From contig JAGWOI010000014.1 in assembly GCA_028870995.1 (NCBI GenBank), positions 1 to 60,617 on the forward strand: a DNA stretch of 60,617 nt. The letters run 5' to 3'. The position numbers and the translations under genes are program-made. The notes below the pieces were generated by a model. That model worked only from the letters and a program-made list of their open reading frames with translations, did not search any database and was not told the origin of the DNA. Position 1 is the stretch's first letter, and each line of letters starts with the position of its first letter. Below, one piece after another: positions 8,624 through 17,429 of this stretch. The DNA is from Candidatus Omnitrophota bacterium. Its GTDB lineage: Bacteria; Omnitrophota; Gorgyraeia; Zapsychrales; Fredricksoniimonadaceae.

Positions 8624-9354
8624 GACAAAAACCTCGTCGAGCGCAAATTGCGCTCCAGATGGAAAACCAAAAAGTGATTGAGGATATATTTAAGCTCGCG
8701 CTTGATAAAAGGCGCCATACCAAGCCGCAGGGCGCCTTCCCAGGTGTTCCTTTGAATATGCAAAATGGAGGCGACCGCCCCTGAAGAAATAGGCGTCGCC
8801 TCCCCTGCCGCATCCTGGCAGCCGGGGCACAACAGCCCGCCTAAGCGCAGACTAAAGCGCGGAGCCTGCACCACCTCATTGTTGCAGCTCACACAGGTCT
8901 CCAGATGGGGCTTAAAACCGGACAAGGACAAAATTTTTATCTGAAACGTATGCACCAGCTTCCCAACATCCTGGGTGGTTTGCAGGGTCTTAAGAAAAGC
9001 CCGCACCAAATTATAGATCTCATCATTTTTCTCCTCGGCCGGCATCAGCGTATCAATAAGCTCCGATGCATAGCTGGCCGCGGTCATGCGGTCCAAATCC
9101 TGCCGGAAACCGGCGAAAAAATCCTTCATGTCGCATTGGCTGACCAAATGAATGTCGCTGTTGCGGTACTGGTAATAAACGATGTCGTTAAGCGAAAAGC
9201 GGTCGACACTGGAGGCGAATTTCCTGGGGTCTTTGCGGATACCCTTCAAGACACCCTTGACCTTGCCGTAGTCACGGGTAAAAAAAGTGACGATGCGGCT
9301 GGTCTCCCTAAAATCAAAACTTTTAAGGACTATGCCTTCAGTTTTTACAATCAT
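8620..9354 (-). CDS. recO: DNA repair protein RecO
   Basis: MIVKTEGIVLK..ETSRIVTFFTRDYGKV OB fold; CVSC...CPGC zinc motif. Confidence 0.95.
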   Translation of the reverse strand: MIVKTEGIVLKSFDFRETSRIVTFFTRDYGKVKGVLKGIRKDPRKFASSVDRFSLNDIVYYQYRNSDIHLVSQCDMKDFFAGFRQDLDRMTAASYASELIDTLMPAEEKNDEIYNLVRAFLKTLQTTQDVGKLVHTFQIKILSLSGFKPHLETCVSCNNEVVQAPRFSLRLGGLLCPGCQDAAGEATPISSGAVASILHIQRNTWEGALRLGMAPFIKRELKYILNHFLVFHLERNLRSTRFLS

Positions 9355-9357
9355 GCC

Positions 9358-9389
9358 TTGATTATGCCAAAAGTATTGTGTATATTCAA
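9358..9389. promoter_or_regulatory. Overlapping divergent sigma70 promoters for recO and exeA-like gene
   Basis: Plus strand TTGATT-N17-TATATT (9358-9386); minus strand TTGAAT-N17-CATAAT (9389-9361). Confidence 0.6.
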
Positions 9390-9393
9390 GGAT

Positions 9394-10212
9394 GTGTACA
9401 AGGATTTTTATAAGCTCAAAGAATCCCCATTCAACATCACGGCTGATCCTGGTTTCTTCTTTCCCTCTTCGCGCCATGAGGAGGCCTTTAACCATTTGGT
9501 CTACGGCATCCAGTCGCGCCGGGGCATCCTTGTCATCACCGGCGAGATTGGCACCGGCAAAACCACCCTGTGCCGCACCATCCTCAACCGCCTGGACAAG
9601 TCCGTCAAGACCGCCCTTATCTTAAACCCGGTCTTTTCCGACATGCAGCTCCTGCAGATGATCATCAATGACTTAGGCATCTCCTATGTCAAGAAGACCA
9701 AGCTCGATCTGGTGGGGGCCATTGCCTTATTTCTGATCGAGGAATCGGCCAAGGGCAATAATGTCGTTGTCATCATCGACGAGTGCCAGAATCTTAATGT
9801 CCGCCAGCTGGAACAGATCCGCCTCTTGTCCAACCTGGAGACGGAAAAGGAAAAATTATTGCAGATCGTTTTAGTGGGACAGCCTGAGCTTAGCGATAAA
9901 CTCAAAAGCCCGGCCTTGCGCCAGCTGACCCAGCGGGTGAGCGTGCATTATCATATGCTTCCCCTGCTTAAGACCGAGGTGGAGCAGTATATTAACCATC
10001 GTTTAAAAGTGGCCGAGGCGGATCCCAAGCTCGAGTTTACACCGCAGGCCATTGACGCTATTTTTGAAGTTTCAAAAGGCACGCCGAGGGTCATCAACGT
10101 GTTGTGCGACCGGGCCCTGCTGGCGGGATTTGCCAAGGGCACCTTTAGCATCGACCACACCCTGATCCTCGAAAGTGCTAAGGAAACCCAATATAACTAT
10201 GAGCATCATTAA
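9394..10212 (+). CDS. ExeA/GspA family AAA ATPase
   Basis: (M)YKDFYKLKESPF...GEIGTGKTT, IIDECQNL, LVGQPEL, GTPRVINVLCD. GTG start. Confidence 0.92.
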   Translation: MYKDFYKLKESPFNITADPGFFFPSSRHEEAFNHLVYGIQSRRGILVITGEIGTGKTTLCRTILNRLDKSVKTALILNPVFSDMQLLQMIINDLGISYVKKTKLDLVGAIALFLIEESAKGNNVVVIIDECQNLNVRQLEQIRLLSNLETEKEKLLQIVLVGQPELSDKLKSPALRQLTQRVSVHYHMLPLLKTEVEQYINHRLKVAEADPKLEFTPQAIDAIFEVSKGTPRVINVLCDRALLAGFAKGTFSIDHTLILESAKETQYNYEHH

Positions 10213-10735
10213 TGACGCCCTAAAGAAGGTACAACGCATGCGCGAAGGTAAAGAAGTTGATGAAAAAAATGAAGCGCCGGTTGAATATTTAACGCCGCCT
10301 AAAAGCAAGGTGAAGTCCTTTCTGGCCTTCCTGTGCGCCCTGGTGATCCTGGGCGGATGTTTCTTCTTTCTGTACAAACAAATGAATGTTTATTTCCCCG
10401 GCCCCATGGCCAAGGCGAGGAGCCTGTACTTCAAACTCATGCATCAAAAGGAAGCCAAACAGGCCACGGCACCCCTGCCGCCCCTGGCCAAGATCAAGGT
10501 GGGCCCTGCTGCCAAGTCCGACGCTGCCGCCGCTGGGCAAACTGCCGTCACGCAAAATGCACCCCTAAACATCCACGGGGTGCTGGCCGGCGGCTCGAAA
10601 AATCTGGTGTTGATCGATGACCAGGTCTACCAGGAAGGCGATGAGGTCGACGGCATCAAGATCGTCAAGATCAGCCTGAATGCCATTACCGTTATCAATA
10701 ACGGGCAGGAAGAAATCATTCCTGTGAAGCATTAA
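10199..10735 (+). CDS. ExeB/GspB-like membrane protein
   Basis: MSIINDALKK N-terminus, single TM, C-terminal IHGVL...VLIDDQVYQEGDEVDGIKIVKI domain. Confidence 0.8.
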   Translation: MSIINDALKKVQRMREGKEVDEKNEAPVEYLTPPKSKVKSFLAFLCALVILGGCFFFLYKQMNVYFPGPMAKARSLYFKLMHQKEAKQATAPLPPLAKIKVGPAAKSDAAAAGQTAVTQNAPLNIHGVLAGGSKNLVLIDDQVYQEGDEVDGIKIVKISLNAITVINNGQEEIIPVKH

Positions 10736-11823
10736 TCCAGATAAAGTTTAATTGACTCGGTGATGATATCGGCGGGAATGTCGCGCACAACCGCCACCTG
10801 GCCTATCTTTAAGGCCAGCACAAAACGGTTGTGCCCTGCGAAAAACTTCTTGTCGTGCTGCATCAAATTCATTATCTTCGCAAGCGCCACCCCTTTGATC
10901 CTCTCAGGCAGGCCCACGGCGCTGATCAGGGCGTTGATCCTCTTCTCCTCTGATGTCTTCAAAAAGCCCAGCAAAACGGAAATACGGGCCGCCACACGCA
11001 TGCCAAGACCGACCGCCTCGCCATGATGGTACTGGTCATACCGGGCGGCCGCCTCGACGGCATGGCCTACCGTATGGCCGAAGTTGAGGATGGTGCGCAG
11101 GCCCTTGGTCTCTTTTTCGTCCATGGAAACGACCTGGGCCTTGATGGCTGCACAGCGGCGCACGACGGTATTCAAAGATGCCGTGTCACCTTTCAAGAGC
11201 TTTTGATGATTGGAGCTGATAAAATTAAAGAGACCGGCGTCCCTGATAATGCCGTATTTGATGGCCTCCGCCAGGCCGTTACGGATCTGGCGAAGGTCCA
11301 GGGTCTTGAGCACTTGGGCATCGGCAAGCACTAAGCGGGGCTGATAAAAAGCACCCACCAGATTTTTGCCCGTTGGCAGATCGATGGCGGTCTTGCCGCC
11401 TATAGCAGAATCGATCTGGGCCAGGAGCGTCGTAGGCACCTGGATATAAGGCACGCCGCGTTTATAAATGGCAGCCACAAACCCGGCCAGATCGCCAACT
11501 ACTCCCCCGCCTAAAGCCGCGATAAAAATCTTCTTGTCCACGTCATAGGCACTGATCTGTGTCAGCAGCTTCATGGCGCAGGCAGCGCTTTTGCTGGGTT
11601 CGCCTTCGGGAACGGTGAAGGTCTTGACGGAATAACCGGCTTTTTTAAGGCCGGCGGCAAGCTTGCCCCAGTGCAGCCGCTCAAGACGGACGTGCGTAAT
11701 GATGACCACATCCTTGCCCAATCCCAAATGGCGGATAAACTTGGGCAATTGGCCTAAAATCCCGCTGCCAACGGTGATGTTATAAGGATTATTCTTCAAC
11801 CGGACTGGAATATTGGTGCTCAT
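10732..11823 (-). CDS. aroB: 3-dehydroquinate synthase
   Basis: GGGVVGDLAGF, PTTLLAQIDSAIGGKT, LNFGHTVGHA. Confidence 0.97.
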   Translation of the reverse strand: MSTNIPVRLKNNPYNITVGSGILGQLPKFIRHLGLGKDVVIITHVRLERLHWGKLAAGLKKAGYSVKTFTVPEGEPSKSAACAMKLLTQISAYDVDKKIFIAALGGGVVGDLAGFVAAIYKRGVPYIQVPTTLLAQIDSAIGGKTAIDLPTGKNLVGAFYQPRLVLADAQVLKTLDLRQIRNGLAEAIKYGIIRDAGLFNFISSNHQKLLKGDTASLNTVVRRCAAIKAQVVSMDEKETKGLRTILNFGHTVGHAVEAAARYDQYHHGEAVGLGMRVAARISVLLGFLKTSEEKRINALISAVGLPERIKGVALAKIMNLMQHDKKFFAGHNRFVLALKIGQVAVVRDIPADIITESIKLYLD

Positions 11824-12443
11824 ATCTGCACACCGATCCAATAACCTACTTGTTGTATTACTGGATACAGATAACCCATAAGGCCCACATTAAGAAGCAA
11901 GATGACAATGATTATACCAAAAGGTTCGAGCCGGTTGTAATAATAAGCCAGCTGCATCGGCAGCACACTTGTGACCACCCGGGAGCCGTCCAACGGCGGG
12001 ATGGGAATCATGTTAAAGACCGCGAGCGTCAGGTTGAGCATCACCGCCCAGGCAAAGGTGTGGGACGCCGCCTCCAGAGAGGGCCAGGTGTACAGCCGGG
12101 AAAAAATGAAAGCCAACGCGATATTGGTCAACGGTCCCGCCAGCGCCACCGAGGCCATCCCTAAACGGCGGTTGCGCAAGTTGCGGAAATTGACCGGCAC
12201 CGGCTTGGCCCAGCCAAAGAGCATAAGGCTTTTGGTCATGCCGATATAATAAGCCAAAAAAAGAATGCCGGGAACAATGATGCTGCCGACAGGGTCTATG
12301 TGGCTTATCGGATTCAAGGTGAGCCGCCCGTGGTCCTTGGCCGTTGGATCGCCGAAGGCATAGGCCATTAACCCATGGGCCAATTCGTGCAAAATAATGG
12401 CAGGCCCAAGCGCTACAACTATGAACAAAACAATTTCCAACAT
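11820..12443 (-). CDS. Site-2 protease (M50 family)
   Basis: HELAH and NMIPIPPLDG motifs, hydrophobic. Confidence 0.93.
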   Translation of the reverse strand: MLEIVLFIVVALGPAIILHELAHGLMAYAFGDPTAKDHGRLTLNPISHIDPVGSIIVPGILFLAYYIGMTKSLMLFGWAKPVPVNFRNLRNRRLGMASVALAGPLTNIALAFIFSRLYTWPSLEAASHTFAWAVMLNLTLAVFNMIPIPPLDGSRVVTSVLPMQLAYYYNRLEPFGIIIVILLLNVGLMGYLYPVIQQVGYWIGVQI

Positions 12444-12444
12444 A

Positions 12445-12469
12445 AAAAAGTCAATGTGTCCCGGTTTTT
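12445..12469. repeat. 25-bp dispersed repeat (GGGACAC family)
   Basis: Exact reverse complement of 42434-42458. Confidence 0.85.
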
Positions 12470-13265
12470 AAAGGACCAGGACGATCTTGTTGATATGCAA
12501 GAGCGGATACATGTATTTTTTCTGCGGGTCAGGGACAACGTTGCCTTCTATATTCACGACCGTATTGCAAAAATACTCCAGCTGCGGCATGTCCTTGAGC
12601 AGGAAGACGGACTTGTTGTCCAGGACGATCTCGTAGTGCACCTGCGGGTCTGCCGGTGTGACCAGCGCCTCCACCGTGCCCCGCATGGAAACCCACGGGC
12701 TCTGCGGCTCAGCAGCCTTGACCGGCGCTGCCACAGGTGCCGGCGGTGCGGCCGGCGGCAGCTGCACCTGCGGGATCAGCATGGCTTCCGGCACTTCACC
12801 GGAAACCTGCTTTAAAAAACCCTGATTGATCCACATCGCAGTCCCCGCAACCGGGCTTAAAACAGTCCACCCGTTGGCCTGCCCTAAAACCTTGACCAAG
12901 GTGCCTCTTTTGACCTCTCCCAAAGAAGCGGCGTCGCTGGTCGGACGGGAACGCACGTTCACATTGTCGCCGCTCACCTCGCCGACACCGTCCCCCTTCA
13001 TGTCCACATAATCGGAACGGATATAGGCCTTGGTGCCGGAAGGCGGCTGCACCTTGTACCACTCATAATAGTGGCCCAGCACCACCACCTTGTCGCCTTT
13101 GCGCAGTTCGTCAACTTTTTCGAAATTGATATTAGGGCCCGCCCTGACATTGACGGATTCCCTGGAGACTTCGGCCAGAAATGGGAAATGCTCATCGGCA
13201 TATCCCGGTCTTGCAAAGGCAATAACCAGGAACACCAATGAGCAAATTAAAGATTGTCTGGTCAT
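12468..13265 (-). CDS. Secreted protein with two bacterial SH3 domains
   Basis: Signal peptide; VNVRAGP...WYKV and VNVRSRP...GWT repeats; Pro/Ala linker; small C-terminal beta domain. Confidence 0.85.
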   Translation of the reverse strand: MTRQSLICSLVFLVIAFARPGYADEHFPFLAEVSRESVNVRAGPNINFEKVDELRKGDKVVVLGHYYEWYKVQPPSGTKAYIRSDYVDMKGDGVGEVSGDNVNVRSRPTSDAASLGEVKRGTLVKVLGQANGWTVLSPVAGTAMWINQGFLKQVSGEVPEAMLIPQVQLPPAAPPAPVAAPVKAAEPQSPWVSMRGTVEALVTPADPQVHYEIVLDNKSVFLLKDMPQLEYFCNTVVNIEGNVVPDPQKKYMYPLLHINKIVLVL

Positions 13266-13303
13266 GGATTCCCTCTCGTTCAATGATTAGAGAAGGTAAG
13301 AAG

Positions 13304-13597
13304 TTACTTTTTAGCGGCGCCTGCAGCTGGTTTGGCAGCGGCGGCTTTGGCATCGGCTGCGGGCTTGGCAGCTCCGGCAGCAGCAGCACCTTCAGCGGGT
13401 GCGGCAGCGGCAGTTTCTTCCTTGGCTTTCTTCTTGGCCTTGATGCGGACGATCTTGGTCTTAGGAAGACCCGTGATGGAAGCCTCTTCCTTCCAAAGGC
13501 CTTTTTTCATCAATTCCTTGATGCGCTCGATGCGCGTCTGCACAGACCTTTGGGTCACTGAAGCCTTGTCGACCTTTAACGAAGAATGTAATGACAT
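13304..13597 (-). CDS. PVC-superphylum small basic (signature) protein
   Basis: MSLHSSLK...RSVQTRIERI..L...GLW.....ITGLPKTK with Ala/Lys-rich tail. Confidence 0.88.
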   Translation of the reverse strand: MSLHSSLKVDKASVTQRSVQTRIERIKELMKKGLWKEEASITGLPKTKIVRIKAKKKAKEETAAAAPAEGAAAAGAAKPAADAKAAAAKPAAGAAKK

Positions 13598-14154
13598 CAA
13601 AATCTCCTTACCTGACTTGAACGGTAAACAGCGGGCAGTTTTCTTGAATACCCCGACGCCGCTTCCTTGCTGCTGAAATTGCCGATGCACAGCAGCCAAT
13701 ACTTACCGCTTTTGATTAAAAATGTCGGAAAACCCTTTCCCTTCAGGGCGAGCGCATCGCCTTGAGCATATTGCTCATTGGCGTAGGTGGCCGCCTGTAA
13801 GGTGTAGCGCAGGCCTGTACCTACAATAAAACCGCGATCAGCCAGCGGCCTGGGCAGCGTCTTGGTCACAACCGGTGCCGCTGCAGCCGGGGCCGCAACC
13901 ATCGGACGGGGGTTAACATTCCAGGCAGCAGCAACCCGTTCGTCCAGGGTTTGGGCCGCCAGGCTCTTGCCCCGCTCCACCCCTAAAGAAAACGAAAAAA
14001 GCGCAATCATTATAGCCAAAATCGTCAAAATGACAAGACTTTCTATGGACAGGGTCAGGTTGGCTAAAAGGAACTTTGGTTTGTTGATATCTTCAAGGGT
14101 TGCTGAATTTGCGGGAAAAAGCTCAAACTGCGGCTGCTTATAATTTATGTTCAT
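13597..14154 (-). CDS. SPOR domain membrane protein
   Basis: TM segment (FSFSLGVERGK), then YTLQAATY...A..LKGKGF...IGNF. Confidence 0.85.
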   Translation of the reverse strand: MNINYKQPQFELFPANSATLEDINKPKFLLANLTLSIESLVILTILAIMIALFSFSLGVERGKSLAAQTLDERVAAAWNVNPRPMVAAPAAAAPVVTKTLPRPLADRGFIVGTGLRYTLQAATYANEQYAQGDALALKGKGFPTFLIKSGKYWLLCIGNFSSKEAASGYSRKLPAVYRSSQVRRF

Positions 14155-14235
14155 ATGTTATAAATCCATTAAATTAGAAGGGACTGGCCCTTTTTGTTTT
14201 ATTGTGGAAAACAACCAATTAAAAGTCATTATGTT

Positions 14236-15303
14236 CTATGACTTTATCAAAGACAAGAGTTTTCTGAATTTTTTTTGGGTGGCCAGGCGGTTAAATGCGT
14301 CGACGATTTTGGGGTCGAACTGCGTGCCGCGGCAGCGGACCAGCTCGTCGAGAGCAGCGTCGACGGAAACCGGCGGATGGTAGGACCTGCCCTGCACCAT
14401 CGCCTCAAAAGCATCGACGCAGGCAATGATGCGCGCGCCCAGCGGGATCTGTTCTTTTTTAAGCCCCGACGGGTAACCGCTCCCGTCGTAATGCTCGTGA
14501 TGGTGCAGGATGATGGGCAGCACGGGCTTGAGAAACCCCGCCGACGAGATCAGGGCAACACTGTACTGGGTGTGCCGGCGCACCAGGCTGAATTCATCGT
14601 CGGAAAGTTTGGAGGGCTTGGTCAGGATCTGGTGCGGCAGGTCGATAAGCCCGATATCGTGCAGGAGGCTTGCGTATTCCAGCTGCTTGATCCCGTCGCT
14701 GCTCACCTTCAGATAGATCCCCAGCGCCTTGACGATCTCCATGTAGGCGGGCGGATGGGTCAGCCCCGAGAGGGGCTGTTTTTTCAAAAGGTTGCCGATG
14801 GAGGCGATGGCCCCCAGAACCACCTTCTCATGTTCCTGATGCAGCTGCAAATTCTTGATGGCGGTCACCACCTGCTCGGCGAAGACCGAAAGCATTTCAT
14901 AATCGAAATCATTGAAGGCCTCCTGCGAGGCGGTGCGGCGCACGAAAATGGCCCCCAGATAATCGTCGGCGACCAGCGGCAGCCCGATGCAGTGGTCCTT
15001 GAGGACCGATGCCCCGCGGGTCACCGCCAGCACCTCCTCGCCCACGTCCTTGAAGTCGCCGGGGCGGTCATGCCAGATGTTGATCTGGTTGTCGAACGTG
15101 GCGCACACCATCACATTTTTTTTGACCGGATGCACCAGATAGACACTCACCGACGAGGCATGGATGAACTGGCCCAGCAGGCGGGTCAGGCGCAGGGTCA
15201 GCTCCTTGACCGTATAGGTGGAATTGACCAGGCGGTAGACCATGTGGACCGCGGAAAGGACCAGGTGGTAACGCTTGCCTGAAGAGCCGGAATGAGGCAG
15301 CAT
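14236..15303 (-). CDS. GAF + HD-GYP domain protein
   Basis: LLHDIG, HHHEHYDGSGYP, IPLGARII, GTQFDP; N-terminal GAF (LPLV...LGAI...FNDFD). Confidence 0.9.
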   Translation of the reverse strand: MLPHSGSSGKRYHLVLSAVHMVYRLVNSTYTVKELTLRLTRLLGQFIHASSVSVYLVHPVKKNVMVCATFDNQINIWHDRPGDFKDVGEEVLAVTRGASVLKDHCIGLPLVADDYLGAIFVRRTASQEAFNDFDYEMLSVFAEQVVTAIKNLQLHQEHEKVVLGAIASIGNLLKKQPLSGLTHPPAYMEIVKALGIYLKVSSDGIKQLEYASLLHDIGLIDLPHQILTKPSKLSDDEFSLVRRHTQYSVALISSAGFLKPVLPIILHHHEHYDGSGYPSGLKKEQIPLGARIIACVDAFEAMVQGRSYHPPVSVDAALDELVRCRGTQFDPKIVDAFNRLATQKKFRKLLSLIKS

Positions 15304-16473
15304 TTACTCGGACCTCTGATAAGGGTCAAAAAGCCGTTTATGCTCGTCGAGAGCGAAACGGTCCGTCATCGAAGCGATATAATTGCAAATGATGGCATAG
15401 ACCTGTGAGCGCGAAAATTTCTTGTCGCGCGGGAAAACGCCGTACGGCAATTGCTTGGGGTTCTTTAAATACACGTCGAACAAGTCCCGGATGATGCGGC
15501 GGGCCTTGGTGGTCATGCGTTCCACCCGCCAATGATGATAGAGCTTTTCATCGAGCAGCTTCTGCAGCTGCTCGCGCTCCCGGTGCATGGCATCGCTGAA
15601 GGCCACCACATAACCCTTGTGGTCCTTGACCTCCTGGGCAGACTTGAAATCAAGCTTTTTAAGCCGCTCATAAGTGGCCTTCAGCAGGTCCTTGACCTGC
15701 ATGTCGATGAGTTCCTTGACCACCTGGTAGCGGAACATGTCGCGGTCCGGCTGTTCCTGCACGCCGATCTTTTTGACCGCTTTTTGCCACAGCGTGCTTT
15801 CCATGAGGTCATCTTCGACGATGCAGCCCGACGTCAGCCCGTCGTCGACATCATGGTTAAGGTACGCCAGGGAGTCTGCCACATCAACGATCTGGGCCTC
15901 GAGCGTCGGCCCTTCCGTGCGGTACTGCTTGGGGATGTCCGCCCCCGGCATGTCGAACACCGTCTGGTGCTTGAGGATGCCCACCAGCACCTCGCGGGTC
16001 AGGTTAAGGCCGGGAAAACGCGGATATTTCTTTTCCAGTTTGGCGACGATCTCGTAGCTGCGGAAATTGTGGTTGAATTCGATGTCCGCCTCGCGCACGA
16101 TCTCGTTGAGCACCGCCTCCCCCGCATGGCCGAAGGGCGGATGGCCCAGGTCATGCGCCAGGGCGATGGCTTCGATCAGGTCTTCATTAAGGCGCAGGTT
16201 GCGGCCCAGGGTGCGGGCCAGCTGGGCCACTTCGATCGTGTGGGTCAAACGGGTGCGGTAATAATCGCCTTCAAAGATGACGAACACCTGGGTCTTGTAC
16301 TCGAGCTTGCGGAAGGCCTCGGCATGCACGATGCGGTCGCGGTCGCGCTGAAAACTGGTGCGCCACTCGTGCGCCGGCTCGTCATATTGACGGGCCCCCG
16401 CATCACTGGACTTCATGGCATAAGGCGCCAGGGCCTTACTTTCCAACTCTTCGATGTCTTTCCTTGTACGCAT
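15304..16473 (-). CDS. dgt: Deoxyguanosinetriphosphate triphosphohydrolase-like protein
   Basis: FQRDRDRI, KTQVF, RTRLTH, HDLGHPPFGHAGE, MTDRFA. Confidence 0.95.
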   Translation of the reverse strand: MRTRKDIEELESKALAPYAMKSSDAGARQYDEPAHEWRTSFQRDRDRIVHAEAFRKLEYKTQVFVIFEGDYYRTRLTHTIEVAQLARTLGRNLRLNEDLIEAIALAHDLGHPPFGHAGEAVLNEIVREADIEFNHNFRSYEIVAKLEKKYPRFPGLNLTREVLVGILKHQTVFDMPGADIPKQYRTEGPTLEAQIVDVADSLAYLNHDVDDGLTSGCIVEDDLMESTLWQKAVKKIGVQEQPDRDMFRYQVVKELIDMQVKDLLKATYERLKKLDFKSAQEVKDHKGYVVAFSDAMHREREQLQKLLDEKLYHHWRVERMTTKARRIIRDLFDVYLKNPKQLPYGVFPRDKKFSRSQVYAIICNYIASMTDRFALDEHKRLFDPYQRSE

Positions 16474-16948
16474 CGCTTAATTTCTTGTAAATGACGGTCA
16501 ACGATTGGGAGATCACCTTGGTCCCGGCGGTCACCGGCATGAAATTGTGGTCCCCTTTCCATCGCGGCACCAAATGGACATGCACGTGCCTGGGGATGCC
16601 GGCGCCAGCGGTGCGGCCCAGATTGATCCCCACGTTAAACCCGTGGGGTTTGAGCGCGCCTTGCAAAAGGTCCTTGGCCTCACGGAGCAGTTCCATGAGC
16701 TCGGCGTATTCCCCGGCGGGCAATTGATTGATGTCGCCGGCGTGGCGGTTGGCCACGATCAGGCAGTGCCCGTTGCTGTAAGGGTAAAGATTCAATACCG
16801 CATACGCGTGGGGCTTGCGGATGAAAACCAGGCTCTTGGTGTCCGCTTTACCGGCGAGGATACGGCAAAAGACGCAGGCGCCCGGCTTGTCCTTGCCCGC
16901 TAATTTGGTGATGTAGGCTTCACGCCAGGGTGCCCAGAGTCTCTGCAT
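16436..16948 (-). CDS. HIT family hydrolase (Ap4A phosphorylase/FHIT-like)
   Basis: LWAPWR, CVFC, NLYPYSNGH, HVHVHLVPRW. Confidence 0.93.
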   Translation of the reverse strand: MQRLWAPWREAYITKLAGKDKPGACVFCRILAGKADTKSLVFIRKPHAYAVLNLYPYSNGHCLIVANRHAGDINQLPAGEYAELMELLREAKDLLQGALKPHGFNVGINLGRTAGAGIPRHVHVHLVPRWKGDHNFMPVTAGTKVISQSLTVIYKKLSDAYKERHRRVGK

Positions 16949-16949
16949 A

Positions 16950-17429
16950 TCAGATCTTGACAATTTCCGCCTTTATCTTGCCGGCCTCGATGCTGATAAG
17001 GCCGTATGAAAAAAATTTGGCCCTGACCATGTCATTGGGACTGCCGGGATTGAAATACAAGGTCAACCCCACCCGCTGGTTTAACGCCTGGTGGGAATGG
17101 CCGAAGATCACCACATCCATCTTATCATCTTTAAAGCAGGTCATGGCATTTTTTAAGGCGTCCGGCCCCGGCCCCACATGGCCGTGCGTCACGCCGATCT
17201 TAAGGTTGTCGCAATCGATGATCTCCTTGACCGGCAGGACCTTTTTAAGCCCGTTCTCATCCATGTTGCCGGACACGGCCTTGGTGGGCTTGAGTTTTTT
17301 AAGCATCTTCAAGGTGTCCAGGTCACAGATGTCGCCGGCGTGGATGATCAGATCAACAGTTTTAAAACGTTCGATCAGTGCGGCAGGGATATTCAGGGAA
17401 TGGGTGTCAGAAAGTACGCCGATGGTCAT
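16950..17429 (-). CDS. YfcE/MJ0936 family metallophosphoesterase
   Basis: SDTH, HAGD, GNMD, THGH, GHSH, NPGS. Confidence 0.93.
   Translation of the reverse strand: MTIGVLSDTHSLNIPAALIERFKTVDLIIHAGDICDLDTLKMLKKLKPTKAVSGNMDENGLKKVLPVKEIIDCDNLKIGVTHGHVGPGPDALKNAMTCFKDDKMDVVIFGHSHQALNQRVGLTLYFNPGSPNDMVRAKFFSYGLISIEAGKIKAEIVKI

Noticed and set aside
8905-9393. N-terminal extension of the ExeA ORF (and upstream extensions of recO, hsdM and the acyltransferase)
   Set aside because: These overlap neighbouring genes; family-typical starts lie downstream.
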